Shown: piece after piece, positions 28,366 through 38,220 of the stretch
Position numbering within the stretch: the first letter of the stretch is position 1
How the letters are laid out: each line of letters begins with the position of its first letter
NCBI GenBank assembly: GCA_963773945.1
Contig: CAVZDD010000003.1
Location: forward strand, 370,060 to 434,059
DNA from: an uncultured Thermoplasmata archaeon
Lineage (GTDB): Archaea; Thermoplasmatota; Thermoplasmata; Lutacidiplasmatales; UBA184
DNA length: 64,000 bases
Reading direction: 5' to 3'
Made by a program: the position numbers and the translations under genes
Notes under the pieces: generated by a model
What the model was told of the DNA's origin: nothing
The model's input: the letters and a program-made list of their open reading frames with translations, nothing else
The model's database searches: none

Positions 28366-29866
28366 AGCGTTTCGAATGCGTCCCGAACTTCTCGGAGGGC
28401 CGCGACAACAACCGGGTCCAATCGATCGTGGCGGAAGCCCGCGGGCTCCGCGGCGTGAGCGTTCTCGACGTGGAACTGAATGTAGACCACCACCGGTCGG
28501 TGGTGAGCCTGGCAGGCGACGCCGAGCCGCTGCTCGAAGCGGCGTTCCGAATGATTCGCAAAGCGGTGGAGGTGATCGACCTTCGCCACCACCACGGGGA
28601 GCACCCCCGGATGGGTGCGGCTGACGTGGTTCCTTTCGTTCCCCTCGGCGACGCGACGATGGCGGAGGCGGTCGCCCTCGCGGAACGACTGGGCGAGCGC
28701 GTCTGGGCCGAGCTCCACGTACCGGTGTACCTGTATGGGGCTGCGGCTCGGCGACCGGAGCGCGCGGACCTGGCCGTCGTCCGACAGGGGGGCTTTGAAG
28801 GGCTTCGCGACGTGATCCGGACCGACCCGTCCCGCCGTCCGGACATCGGGGATCCCGAACTCCATCCCTCCGCCGGGGCCATCGCGATCGGTGCCCGACC
28901 TGTACTGATCGCTTACAACGCCTATCTCACGACGCCCGACGTCGCCATCGCGAAGAAGGTCGCGCACGCGGTAAGGGCCCGCGATGGCGGACTCGCCGAG
29001 GTGAAGGCGCTCGGATTCGAGATCAAGGAGCGGAATCGGGCCCAGGTATCGATGAACCTGACCGACTACCGGAAGACGCCGGTGCATCGCGCCCTCGAGG
29101 CCGTGCGGCGGGAAGCGGCACGCTATGGGACGAGCGTCGAGGAATCCGAGGTCGTCGGCTTGATTCCGGAGGACGCCCTGCTGGATGCGGCCGAGTTCTA
29201 CCTGCAACTGAATCGATTCTCCCGCGACCAGATCCTCGAGCGAAAGCTGCCCCAAGGGGAGACCGCGCCGCAAGGTGCGGCCGGTGCTCCGGCCCGGCTT
29301 CAACACCTGACGATCCAGGACTTCCTCGGGCGCGTGGCCGCGCGGACGCCCACTCCCGGCGGCGGAAGCGTGGCGGCCATCGCCGGCGCGATGGGCGCGG
29401 CGCTGGGGGAGATGGTGGTCGGCTACTCCACGCCCTTGAAACAAACCCCCTCGCCGGCCCTCGCGGCCCTCGCCAAGGAGCTGATCGAGAGCCGGGTACA
29501 TTCCTCGAACTGGCGAACGCCGACACCGACGCCTACGAGGCGGTCCGAACGGCCCGCCGAGAGCGCAAGGCGAACCCGACTCAGCCGGAGGCCCAGAAAG
29601 CCTTCGTCGATGCCCTGCGCAAGGCCGCGGAGGTTCCCCTGGACACCGCCCGGCTCGCGCGCCGAGTCCACGACCGGCTCGGGGCGCACCGAGAACAGAC
29701 CAATGCGGCGTTGGGCAGCGACTTGGTGTCGGGACTGGGACTCCTCCGGGCGGCGGCCGAGGCGGCGCTGGCCAACGTCTCGATCAACCTCACCGACCTC
29801 CGGGCCGAAGGGATCCCCGTCGGGGACCTGGAAGCCGAACGGGATCGGCTCACCGGCCATCCATGA
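28362..29866 (+). CDS. Glutamate formimidoyltransferase / formimidoyl-THF cyclodeaminase fusion (FTCD-like) with an apparent frameshift near 29490-29504
   Basis: TTG start (MKRFECVPNFSEGRD). Formiminotransferase domain plus the start of the cyclodeaminase domain (PGGGSVAAIAGAMGAALGEMV) in frame 0 up to ~29500; the rest of the cyclodeaminase domain (LELANADTDAYEAVRTA...ANVSINLTDL...) is intact in frame 2 from 29504 to a TGA at 29864-29866 with no start codon of its own. Confidence 0.7.
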
Positions 29867-29872
29867 GTACCT

Positions 29873-30568
29873 GTGTCCTCGGCGCGGCGGCGTCCCTACG
29901 TTCACGTGAACTGCGCCGTCTCGCTGGACGGACGACTGGCCTTTGCCGGCGGCAAACGGGCCACGCTCTCCGGACCGCGGGACCTCGAGCGCGTTCAGGC
30001 GCTCCGGGCTGAACTCGGTACCATTCTCGTGGGCGTCGGGACGGTGATCCTCGACGACCCCTCACTCCGCGTGCACTGGGACCTACTCCATCGAGCCCCG
30101 GGGCCCCCTCCGACTCGCGTCTGCCTCGACGGCAGCGGCCGCTTGCCCGGCGCGGCCCGGATTCTCGATGGCACTCAACCGACGATCGTCGCGACCACCG
30201 AACGCTCCCAGAGAGGATACCCGGCCTCGGTCGATACGATTGTGGCAGGCGCTGGACCGGAGGTAGACCTGCCCGTGCTCCTCGGGGCCCTCACCCGTCG
30301 TGGCCGGAAAGGATTGCTGGTCGAAGGCGGGGCTCGCGTGATCGCGAGCTTCCTTCGCGCGGGTCTCGTCGACCGGATGACCGTCTACGTGGCTCCGGTG
30401 CTCATCGGCGGGACCACCGCGCCGTCCCTGATGGCGGGGCCCGAAAGCCACTCCCCCGACGACTGGGTCGAATTGCTCCGGGAATCGGTCGAGCCCCTCG
30501 ACGGGGGCGTGTTGATCACGCTCCGACCGAGGACCCCACCGTCTGAAGCTCCGCCCGCAGAGTTATAG
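29873..30568 (+). CDS. RibD C-terminal-domain reductase (2,5-diamino-6-ribosylamino-pyrimidinone 5'-phosphate reductase-like)
   Basis: PYVHVNCAVSLDGRLA...LRAELGTILVGVGTVILDDPSL is the RibD_C/dihydrofolate-reductase-like fold. Confidence 0.8.
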   Translation: MSSARRRPYVHVNCAVSLDGRLAFAGGKRATLSGPRDLERVQALRAELGTILVGVGTVILDDPSLRVHWDLLHRAPGPPPTRVCLDGSGRLPGAARILDGTQPTIVATTERSQRGYPASVDTIVAGAGPEVDLPVLLGALTRRGRKGLLVEGGARVIASFLRAGLVDRMTVYVAPVLIGGTTAPSLMAGPESHSPDDWVELLRESVEPLDGGVLITLRPRTPPSEAPPAEL

Positions 30569-30605
30569 CCGCGCCGGGTTCCGAGGCCGGCGGAAGAGTC
30601 CCGCG

Positions 30606-31607
30606 ATGAAGCTCACCCACTTCCTTCTCGCCGATCAGTTCCACTTCGGAATGATCACGGACGCGGGCGATTTCATCGACTTGGATACGGCCTGCCGCGA
30701 CTACTTCGGCGTCAATCCGGTGAAGGGCGCGGACCCGAGCCGGTTCCGCGATATGCGGACCTTCTTCACCGGCGGGGCCGAATCGGTCGCGATCACGAAG
30801 AAGATCCAGGAGTACATCGACCGGCGACGGGCGATGGGGTGGACCCCCCGGGCCGCCACCGGCGCGCGGTTCTTCTTCAAGCCGGAAGAGGGCATCAAGC
30901 TCCTGGCCCCGGTCACCTCCGGAGCGAAGATCTACCTCCTGGCCTCGAATTCAAAGAGCCACCTCGCGGAACAGCAAAAAGAAGCCCCGTCCCGCCCCTA
31001 TCTCTTCACCCGATTCGGGAACAGTCTGGTCGGTCCGAGCGAATCACTGGTCTTGAGCCCGCACGGACTCTTCCCGGACGTCGAGCTCGAGCTTGCGGTC
31101 GTGATCGGCCAGCGGGGCAAGCACGTTCCCGCGAGTCGCGCCATGGAGATGGTCGCTGGGTACACCATCACCCTCGACATGGGTTACCGGGACCTTCAGT
31201 ACATGGCCGGTGGCGCCGTGGATTGGGTGCAGGGGAAGGGTTTCGATGCGACGATGGCCGTCGGCCCCTGGGTCGTTCCGAAGGAAGAGGTCGGCGAACC
31301 CTACCCGCTCAAGATGGAGCTCAAGGTCAACGGCACCATCCGCCAGAAGGGAGACACGACCGATTACCTGTTCCGGATCCCCGCGATCATCGAGCACCTG
31401 ACCCGGGGCGTCACGCTGGAGCCCGGAGACCTGATCTCCCTCGGAACCCTCGGAGGCGTCCCGGGATTCGAATTCGGGAACGAAAGCCGTAAGCTTAAAC
31501 CGGGCGATGTCGTCGAAGGCACGATCGAGCGGATCGGCGGCCTCAAGGTCGGGACGAAGGCGGAAGCCCCCCCACCGCCACCGGGCGCGCCTCCCCCCGC
31601 AGCGTAA
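30606..31607 (+). CDS. Fumarylacetoacetate hydrolase (FAH)-family hydratase/decarboxylase
   Basis: FAH-family core (ELAVVIGQRGKHV...GYTITLDMGYRD...GDLISLGT); Pro-rich C-terminal tail. Confidence 0.85.
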   Translation: MKLTHFLLADQFHFGMITDAGDFIDLDTACRDYFGVNPVKGADPSRFRDMRTFFTGGAESVAITKKIQEYIDRRRAMGWTPRAATGARFFFKPEEGIKLLAPVTSGAKIYLLASNSKSHLAEQQKEAPSRPYLFTRFGNSLVGPSESLVLSPHGLFPDVELELAVVIGQRGKHVPASRAMEMVAGYTITLDMGYRDLQYMAGGAVDWVQGKGFDATMAVGPWVVPKEEVGEPYPLKMELKVNGTIRQKGDTTDYLFRIPAIIEHLTRGVTLEPGDLISLGTLGGVPGFEFGNESRKLKPGDVVEGTIERIGGLKVGTKAEAPPPPPGAPPPAA

Positions 31608-32840
31608 GGAAGAGCGCCGTCGACCGGGGGACCGTCAGCCGTTCCCCTTCCTTCCCGTCCGTGGCGTCGGGGACGGTGGGATAGTCCACATCGGTCAACA
31701 GCGTCACATCCACCGGTGGAAGGCCGGCGGCCGGAACCGGTGCATCGCGGAACGGTTCGAACTGGTCGAGCGCGTCCCGCGTGAGCGGCAGGACGCGGAA
31801 GCCGGTGCCCCCATGCAGGGACCCCGGCAGGCGGATCAGCCGGTGGATGTCGGTCGTGACCGGCGCGTCCGTCTCGCCCTGCACGTTGATCCGGGCCCGG
31901 TCGAGAATCTGCGCCAAGAGCGCCGGCGGAAAGTCGATCGTCGTCACGTCGAGCGAAAGTCCTTCCCGTATGCGCCGGCCCTTGCCGTCCCGAACGAGGC
32001 GGTCCGCCCACTCGCGGGCGACGGCCTCGGTCGCGCCGGCCTCCTGCATTTCCTGGGCGGCGAGTTCCACCCCCCCCGCGTCCCACCGGGCGAGGATCTG
32101 GAAGAGCGACCGCGTTAGGCGGCCCGCCCAGCCGGGGGCGTTGGGAGGCGCGAGTCGTTGGTACGGTCGTTGGCGGGCGCCCGTCGGCCGCTCCGCCTCG
32201 GCTCCGGCGAGCTCCCCCCCGCACCCATGGACAGCGCCGGTCCCCGGTCGCTCTCGCGCATCTCGTGGACCCCTTCCCGCGGGTCCACTCCGACCCCGAC
32301 GATGTACTCGACCAGTTCACGACGTTCCCCGCTCGAGAGCGGGAGCACGGCATCGGCATGCACGTGGGCGTGGAAGCCGCGGCCGCCGGAGAAGACGATC
32401 GAAACATCCCGGGCATCGAACCCGAAATCGCCGAGCAGGAAGTCGTCCACGAGATCCCGGAACCGGGAGCGGGCCAGGGTGAGCTGCTCGGCGTAGGTCT
32501 TCCCCTCGGCCTGGCGAAGATGGTCGGCGTCGAGGTCGAAGATCAGGTCGGCCCCGAGCCACTCCTTCGCCGACATCGTGGTCGCGCTGGGGCTCCGGTA
32601 GTAGGCGGAGGAGTAGTAGACGTGACGCGGCGCCTCCTGATCAAGAAAGCCGCGGAACTCCTCCGCCGAACGGAACGACGCGTGGCGGCGCATCAACGTC
32701 TGGACCGAGAAGGGGAACGCGGCAAATTCCCGACGCGTGAACCGGGAGGGCGGGTCGATGTGCGCGCCGCGGTAATACGCCTGGAACTGCCGGTGCGTCC
32801 ACTCGAGGGTCGGCGGGTCCAGGGCGGTGGTCTTCCCCAC
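31543..32840 (-). CDS. priS: DNA primase small subunit PriS (Pri1/p41 homologue), split across two reading frames
   Basis: N-terminal ORF (32115..32840) carries REFAAFPF...YYSSAYYRSP...LIFDLDADH (catalytic DxD); C-terminal ORF (31543..32070) carries IHRLIRLPGSLHGGTGFRVLPL (conserved PriS C-terminal motif); frames differ, so there is a frameshift or a genuine split around 32070-32330. Confidence 0.75.
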
Positions 32841-32847
32841 GGGTCGG

Positions 32848-33420
32848 TCACTCCGCGTCGGGAAGCTCGGAGGGGTCTAGGGCCTCGGCCCGGTTCGCCT
32901 CGGTCCGGAGTCGCGCTAGGAGATGGAAAACGGTCGAATGCTCACTGCCTCTCAGCAGCAGCTCGATGGCCTGGGTGGCACGCTCGAGTTCCTGTTCCTT
33001 GCCAATCAGCGCCACGGTGCTTCCGTAGACACTGACGGAGCAGCCCGATAGTTCCTCGAGCCGGGTACGCGCCCGTCCCGCGGTGCCGATCAGGCGCGAC
33101 CGGATGCGCCACATGGAGGCCTTGGTCTGCTTGCCGGTGACCTGCTTGATGTCGATGACGCCGAGGTAGGTATCGTCCTGAAGGAGGCGCATCGCCCGCT
33201 GGGGCGAGAATCCGCGGCCAATCGCGACAACGATGTCGCGAGCCTTAAGGGCCCCGAGGGGGTCCTCGGCCTCTGGGTCCGAGATGTTCACTACGCCATC
33301 GTCCGTGTCGATCTCGAGATGGGCCCTCGTCTGCTGTTCGATCTGTCGACGCGTGGAGCCCCCGGGGCCGATCAACGCACCGACCCGGTCGTCGGGAATT
33401 CGCGCGAACAGCACGCTCAT
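32848..33420 (-). CDS. KH-domain RNA-binding protein (archaeal Dim2/Pno1-like)
   Basis: Real protein is the C-terminal 190 codons of the track ORF, from the ATG at 33420; two KH-like modules (IGPGGSTRRQIEQQT...; LIGTAGRARTRLEELSGCSV); ATGA overlap with the RIO kinase stop. Confidence 0.75.
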   Translation of the reverse strand: MSVLFARIPDDRVGALIGPGGSTRRQIEQQTRAHLEIDTDDGVVNISDPEAEDPLGALKARDIVVAIGRGFSPQRAMRLLQDDTYLGVIDIKQVTGKQTKASMWRIRSRLIGTAGRARTRLEELSGCSVSVYGSTVALIGKEQELERATQAIELLLRGSEHSTVFHLLARLRTEANRAEALDPSELPDAE

Positions 33421-34265
33421 GTCGCGGCCCCCACGGACATCCGGGTCCCACCCGCCGCCTCGAAGAACTCCTTGGGGGACGTATCTACCCCCAATCGACG
33501 GAAGTACCGAGCGAAGTTGGTCGCATCGCGCTGGAGCAGTTCCTTGGCTTGCGGATGGTCCGTCGCGAGGGCCTGGGCCACATCGATGATCACGGGGCGG
33601 TCTTCCAAGACGAGCACGTTGTACGGCGACAGGTCGCCGTGGACCAAATGGGCGTTCACGACCATCCGATTCAGTTGCGCGGTCAGGTCTGCGTACACGG
33701 CCTCGGGGTCCTGAAGGACGACCTCCTGCATCGGCGGCGCGGGGAGTCCTTCCGCACCGACGAATTCCATGACCAAGACGTTCCGGAAGCAGGCATAAGG
33801 TTGGGGAACCCGCACATCTGCCGCTCGTAACTGGGTCAGGACCGTGTGCTCCCGGCGAGTCCACGCGAAGATCATCCGTGAAGTGTTCCCCATCGCACCG
33901 ACCTCTCGCCGGAGCCACTCAATCACGTAGGGGGGTACGTGCCGGAAGATCGTGTTGCCGATCCGGTAGATCTTGACAGCTCGGTAGCCCTCCGGACCGC
34001 TCGCCCGGAACACGCCGCCTTCCTTGCCGGTCGAGATTGGGTAGTCGACGCTCTGGAATTGACCCTGGTTCACGAGACGTCCGATCGCGAGCAATGTCGC
34101 GTGATCGAAGAACTCGTCGACGAGCTTCCGCTGTTGACGCTCCTTGCGACGGTCCTCTACCCGCTCGGCACGAGTCGGATAGAGCAGTTCCTCGGGATCG
34201 GGCACCCCAGGCGAAGCCCGACACGGGGCCAAAACGGTTCGCCCCCTTCGGGAGATGAAGCCCAC
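33417..34265 (-). CDS. RIO-type serine/threonine protein kinase
   Basis: STGKEGGVFRA (glycine loop), LVHGDLSPYNVLV (catalytic loop) and IIDVAQ (metal-binding DFG equivalent); conserved archaeal pairing with Dim2-like KH protein. Confidence 0.85.
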   Translation of the reverse strand: MGFISRRGRTVLAPCRASPGVPDPEELLYPTRAERVEDRRKERQQRKLVDEFFDHATLLAIGRLVNQGQFQSVDYPISTGKEGGVFRASGPEGYRAVKIYRIGNTIFRHVPPYVIEWLRREVGAMGNTSRMIFAWTRREHTVLTQLRAADVRVPQPYACFRNVLVMEFVGAEGLPAPPMQEVVLQDPEAVYADLTAQLNRMVVNAHLVHGDLSPYNVLVLEDRPVIIDVAQALATDHPQAKELLQRDATNFARYFRRLGVDTSPKEFFEAAGGTRMSVGAAT

Positions 34266-34326
34266 GACCCCTTCCGACGCCCGAACCCCTTATGCGTCCA
34301 CTTTTCATCCGCCCGTGAAGGAAACC

Positions 34327-34803
34327 ATGATCGATGCCGCGAACTTGGCGATCAGCGCCACGCTGATCATCGTGGGGAGCGCACTCTTTGCGTTCGAGCT
34401 CATTCACCCTGGCGCCTGGCTCCTGATCCCCGCCTCGATCATGATCGTCGCGGGACTTCTGTATCTGGTTCTCCCTTCGCTCCTCCTCAATTCGGCTTTC
34501 GGGCCCGCGATCGTGGTGCTCGTGGCGCTCGGCGCGGCCATTGCGACGATCCCGTACTACCGGTGGGTGGCCCCCACCCATGAACCGATGAGCACGACCG
34601 TGCATTCGTTGAGGGGAGCTATGGGAATCGTCGTCGTCCCCGTTGTTCCCGACTCGTTGAGCGGCAAGGTCCAGATCCAATCCGAGGTCTGGTCGGCCCG
34701 TGGCGAACAAGCGATTCCGATGGGGACGCGGGTCACGGTAGTCTCCGGCGAGGGCGTGAGCGTGCTCGTTCGACCGCTCGAAGGCGCAGGAACAGAAAAC
34801 TAA
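34327..34803 (+). CDS. NfeD-family membrane protein (stomatin operon partner)
   Basis: Two to three TM helices then an OB-fold-like C-terminus (GKVQIQSEVWSARGEQAIPMGTRVTVVSGEGVSVLVRP); ATG at 34327 preceded by GAAGGAAA; directly upstream of the SPFH gene. Confidence 0.7.
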   Translation: MIDAANLAISATLIIVGSALFAFELIHPGAWLLIPASIMIVAGLLYLVLPSLLLNSAFGPAIVVLVALGAAIATIPYYRWVAPTHEPMSTTVHSLRGAMGIVVVPVVPDSLSGKVQIQSEVWSARGEQAIPMGTRVTVVSGEGVSVLVRPLEGAGTEN

Positions 34804-34815
34804 GGAAGAAGAACC

Positions 34816-36075
34816 ATGGTCGACCCGGTTGCACTCACCCTAATCTCTGTCTTTGTCGTGGCCATCATCCTGATTCTGATCAATCGGGCGGTCTACCAGA
34901 TCCAGCCGTATCAGAACGGGATCGTGACCTTGCTCGGGTCCTTCAAGCGGATCCTCAATCCCGGTCTAAACATCGTGAGTCCCCTCGCCCTCGTGATCAA
35001 GCTCGACCTGCGGACGCAGGTTCTCGAGGTACCGCGACAGGAGGTCATCACCAAGGACAACTCGCCGACGAACGTCGACGCCATCATTTACATCAAGGTC
35101 GTGGACGCGCCCAAGGCAATCTTCCAGGTCCAGGACTACCACATCGCCACCGTGGCACTCGCCCAGACGACACTCCGGTCCGTCATCGGAGACATGGAAC
35201 TCGACGAGGTGCTCTACAACCGGGAACGGATCAATGCCCGACTGCGGGACATACTCGACCAGTCCACCGACAAATGGGGGGTGCGCGTCGAAGCGGTCGA
35301 GATCAAGGAGGTCGACCCGGTCGGCCCCGTCAAGGCCGCGATGGAGGAGCAAACCTCCGCGGAACGGCAGCGGCGGGCCGCCGTGCTGCGCGCCGACGGA
35401 GAGAAGCGGTCGGCCATTCTGGTCTCCGAGGGCCAGAAGCGATCGCGCATTCTACAGGCCGAGGGCCTGCGGCAATCCAAGATCCTCGAAGCCGAGGGCA
35501 CCCGGCTCGCGACCATCCTCGAGGCGCAGGGAGAGTCCCAACGTCTCCGGATCCTTGCCCTCGGAGCCGGTACTTTGGACTCGAAGGCCTTGACCGTACT
35601 CTCGCTGGATACCCTCTCGAACGTGGGCAACGGACAGGCCACGAAGATCATCTTCCCGTTCGAGCTCTCCCGCCTGATGGAGGGCGCGTCGGAGTACCTC
35701 GGCATGGCGCGAACCGTTCCTGACCGGAGCCTCAGCACGATGGACGAGCTCGAAGCCCGGATCGGCAAGATGGACGATGTCTTGGGACCCATCCCCCGGC
35801 AAGAGGAACTGGACACCGAGATCAAATCCATCGAAGCCGAGATCAAGGCGGAGACAGACGAATCCGTGGCGATGGTCGGTCCCATCGGCGGGACCGCCGC
35901 CCGCGCCGACACGACGGACCTCCCAGACCCCCTAGGCCAACGCCGGTCCGCCCCTCCGCCCTCGTTCGGAGTGGCGCAGTCCTCGGGAGCGTCTCCGTCG
36001 ACCGAATCCAGTGAAGGCGCCCACGACTTTACCAGTGCGACGGACCCCCGGCGACGAAAGGCCCCGCCCAGTTAA
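34816..36075 (+). CDS. SPFH/band-7 (stomatin/prohibitin-like) protein
   Basis: N-terminal TM helix, SPFH core and a long heptad-repeat tail (QRRAAVLRADGEKRSAILVSEGQKRSRILQAEGLRQSKILEAEG...). Confidence 0.85.
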   Translation: MVDPVALTLISVFVVAIILILINRAVYQIQPYQNGIVTLLGSFKRILNPGLNIVSPLALVIKLDLRTQVLEVPRQEVITKDNSPTNVDAIIYIKVVDAPKAIFQVQDYHIATVALAQTTLRSVIGDMELDEVLYNRERINARLRDILDQSTDKWGVRVEAVEIKEVDPVGPVKAAMEEQTSAERQRRAAVLRADGEKRSAILVSEGQKRSRILQAEGLRQSKILEAEGTRLATILEAQGESQRLRILALGAGTLDSKALTVLSLDTLSNVGNGQATKIIFPFELSRLMEGASEYLGMARTVPDRSLSTMDELEARIGKMDDVLGPIPRQEELDTEIKSIEAEIKAETDESVAMVGPIGGTAARADTTDLPDPLGQRRSAPPPSFGVAQSSGASPSTESSEGAHDFTSATDPRRRKAPPS

Positions 36076-36186
36076 CGCCGCGGAGCTTCTTCCGCCCCTC
36101 GCCCTCGCACCAAGCGATTTCGGCGTCGCACCAAAAACGAGGAGGAGTCCGTCACCGTAGCGGGACCCCTAGGGGGTTCCCTGTCG

Positions 36187-37203
36187 GTGGTCCGCGCTGA
36201 ATCCAGCCCCGCCGTCGACCTCGATGGGGGAGTCGTCGCCTTCAACGAGGAACGTCGGCTGGCCCCCGCAGTCGAGTCGCTCCTTCACCAGGAGCTCCCG
36301 CCCGGTGTTCGCTGGAGAACGCTCTGGATCGTGGCGAGTGGCTGCACCGACCGAACCGCCGAGGTCGCCCGATCCCTGGCGACCCGTCACCCGGAGGTCC
36401 GGGTCGTGGTCCAACCCGAACGGCGCGGAAAGGCCTCCGCGCTGGGCGAGGTCTTTCGAGAGGCCCGAGGAGACTACCTGGTCCTCCTCAACGCGGACGC
36501 CATCGCCCGGCCCGGGGCCGTTGCGGCCTTGCTACGCGCGGCGGCGCCGTTGGTTCCCCCGTATGCCGTAATGGGACATCCCGAGCCGGGGGGGCTGCCC
36601 CCGGCGGGGATGGGTACCGGCCTACGACTGCTCTGGAAACTCCATCACCGGATGCATGCGACCCTCGTCCCGTCCCGGGAGGGAACTCACCTTTCGGACG
36701 AACTCCTCCTTCTCCCCACCGATGACCTTCCCCCGCTGCCCGCGGAGGTCGTGAACGACGGCGCCTTCATCGGTGCCTGGACTCGCTCGCACGGGGGCAC
36801 GCTGGCCTACGCCGCAGACGCGCGGGTCGCGATCGAGGTACCGTGGAGCATCGGGGACCACCTCCGGCAACGGCGCAGGATCCACTTCGGTCATCGACAG
36901 GTGACCGAACTGGTCGGAGTGGCTCCCACAACGTTCGCTCGGTATCTGCTCCGGCACCCGAGTCGAGCGATGGCACTTCTCGCCTCGGAGGTCCGGGCCA
37001 CTCCGGGCGGCGGAACCGCCCTCATCTGGCTCGCCTCCGCGGAGCTCGCTTCGATGGTGGCGGCGACCTGGGATCGGATGCCCCCGCGACGCAACCACCG
37101 GCTCTGGGAGACTATTCGGGAGTCAATCGACTCGCCGGTCGCATTCGATCCGACAGTCGCTCGAACTTCCGGGTCGCGAGCGCCATCCGATCGAGGCGGG
37201 TAA
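36187..37203 (+). CDS. Family-2 glycosyltransferase
   Basis: VVAFNEE...GCTDRT...LLNADA (DxD-type) GT-A fold motifs. Confidence 0.65.
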   Translation: MVRAESSPAVDLDGGVVAFNEERRLAPAVESLLHQELPPGVRWRTLWIVASGCTDRTAEVARSLATRHPEVRVVVQPERRGKASALGEVFREARGDYLVLLNADAIARPGAVAALLRAAAPLVPPYAVMGHPEPGGLPPAGMGTGLRLLWKLHHRMHATLVPSREGTHLSDELLLLPTDDLPPLPAEVVNDGAFIGAWTRSHGGTLAYAADARVAIEVPWSIGDHLRQRRRIHFGHRQVTELVGVAPTTFARYLLRHPSRAMALLASEVRATPGGGTALIWLASAELASMVAATWDRMPPRRNHRLWETIRESIDSPVAFDPTVARTSGSRAPSDRGG

Positions 37204-38125
37204 TCGTACGGAAGCTCTCTCCTTCCCGGCCCGAGCGTCGCAGTCGATAGTTGGCCCTCAGTCCCTTCAGTTGGAGATACGCAGCGACGACCGGGAACAA
37301 GACGGCGTTCAGGCAACGAACCCCGCGTGTCGCCGGGCGGGGCTCCGTCGGTTCGGGGAGGGCGGTCGATTCCCATCGAGCGTAAAGGCGGGGAGCCTCT
37401 CGCCGGAGCCAATCCCCCCGGCGCAGCAACCCGCGGTAGTACGCCTCGCCGTGGACCGGACGCGTGACCAGGGCTTCCCGCGCGAAGAGAAATCCTCGGG
37501 GTCGGGAAAATTCACGGATCGCGGCCGGTTCGTCGAGGGTGTAATTGAAACACCACTCGGGCTCCCCGACCCCTGGAGCGGTCATTCGACGCAGCCGGAG
37601 ACGCAGGAACACGTAAGCCACGAAGAGCCAGACCGCCCCGGGCCGTACGACTGTCATGAGATCGCAATCGTCCCCGTCCCGGGGATCCCCGTACGCCGTC
37701 GAGCCCGTTACCCCGAGAAAGCAGAGCCACGGTCGAGTCGCCTTCAAGTCGCTCTGGAAGAGGGCCCCGGCCGCCCGGTAGTACTCCTCCGCCCGCTCCC
37801 GACGGCGGGGGTCGAGATCCCAATCGGAAACTTCGGGCGTCAGAACACGACCTTCCGAGACCCGACTTCTGGACGGATGGGCCTGGATCCAACCCGTCAG
37901 ATCCTCGACTGTCGATGGTCCATATTCGGGGAGCAGATCGACGAGCGTCTCGAACGCCACGCCGGTCCGGAACTCCCCGGCGACATGGACCGCACCGGTC
38001 AGGCGCTCGGCCAACAGGACCTCCGGATCCGAGTCTCCCGCCGAGGTCGACATGGCAGCGCTCGCCCCGGATGGGTCGGTCGTGAGATGGTACTCCCTGT
38101 CGGAGGGGAGCGACCGATGGACCAC
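37112..38125 (-). CDS. Hypothetical protein with a minimal nucleotidyltransferase-like motif
   Basis: LCFLGVTGSTAYGDPRDGDDCDLM resembles hGSxxxGxxxxxSDxDl of Pol-beta-type nucleotidyltransferases; R-rich; start uncertain; overlaps the GT2 3' end convergently by ~90 nt. Confidence 0.35.
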   Translation of the reverse strand: MVHRSLPSDREYHLTTDPSGASAAMSTSAGDSDPEVLLAERLTGAVHVAGEFRTGVAFETLVDLLPEYGPSTVEDLTGWIQAHPSRSRVSEGRVLTPEVSDWDLDPRRRERAEEYYRAAGALFQSDLKATRPWLCFLGVTGSTAYGDPRDGDDCDLMTVVRPGAVWLFVAYVFLRLRLRRMTAPGVGEPEWCFNYTLDEPAAIREFSRPRGFLFAREALVTRPVHGEAYYRGLLRRGDWLRREAPRLYARWESTALPEPTEPRPATRGVRCLNAVLFPVVAAYLQLKGLRANYRLRRSGREGESFRTITRLDRMALATRKFERLSDRMRPASRLTPE

Positions 38126-38220
38126 CTGATTTTTGGTGCGAGAACGGAAACCGTTGGTTCAATGCCGGACACTCTGGCCGGCACCGCGAGTTCTCGCCCC
38201 CGGGTCCGAAGGGGTGTGGC

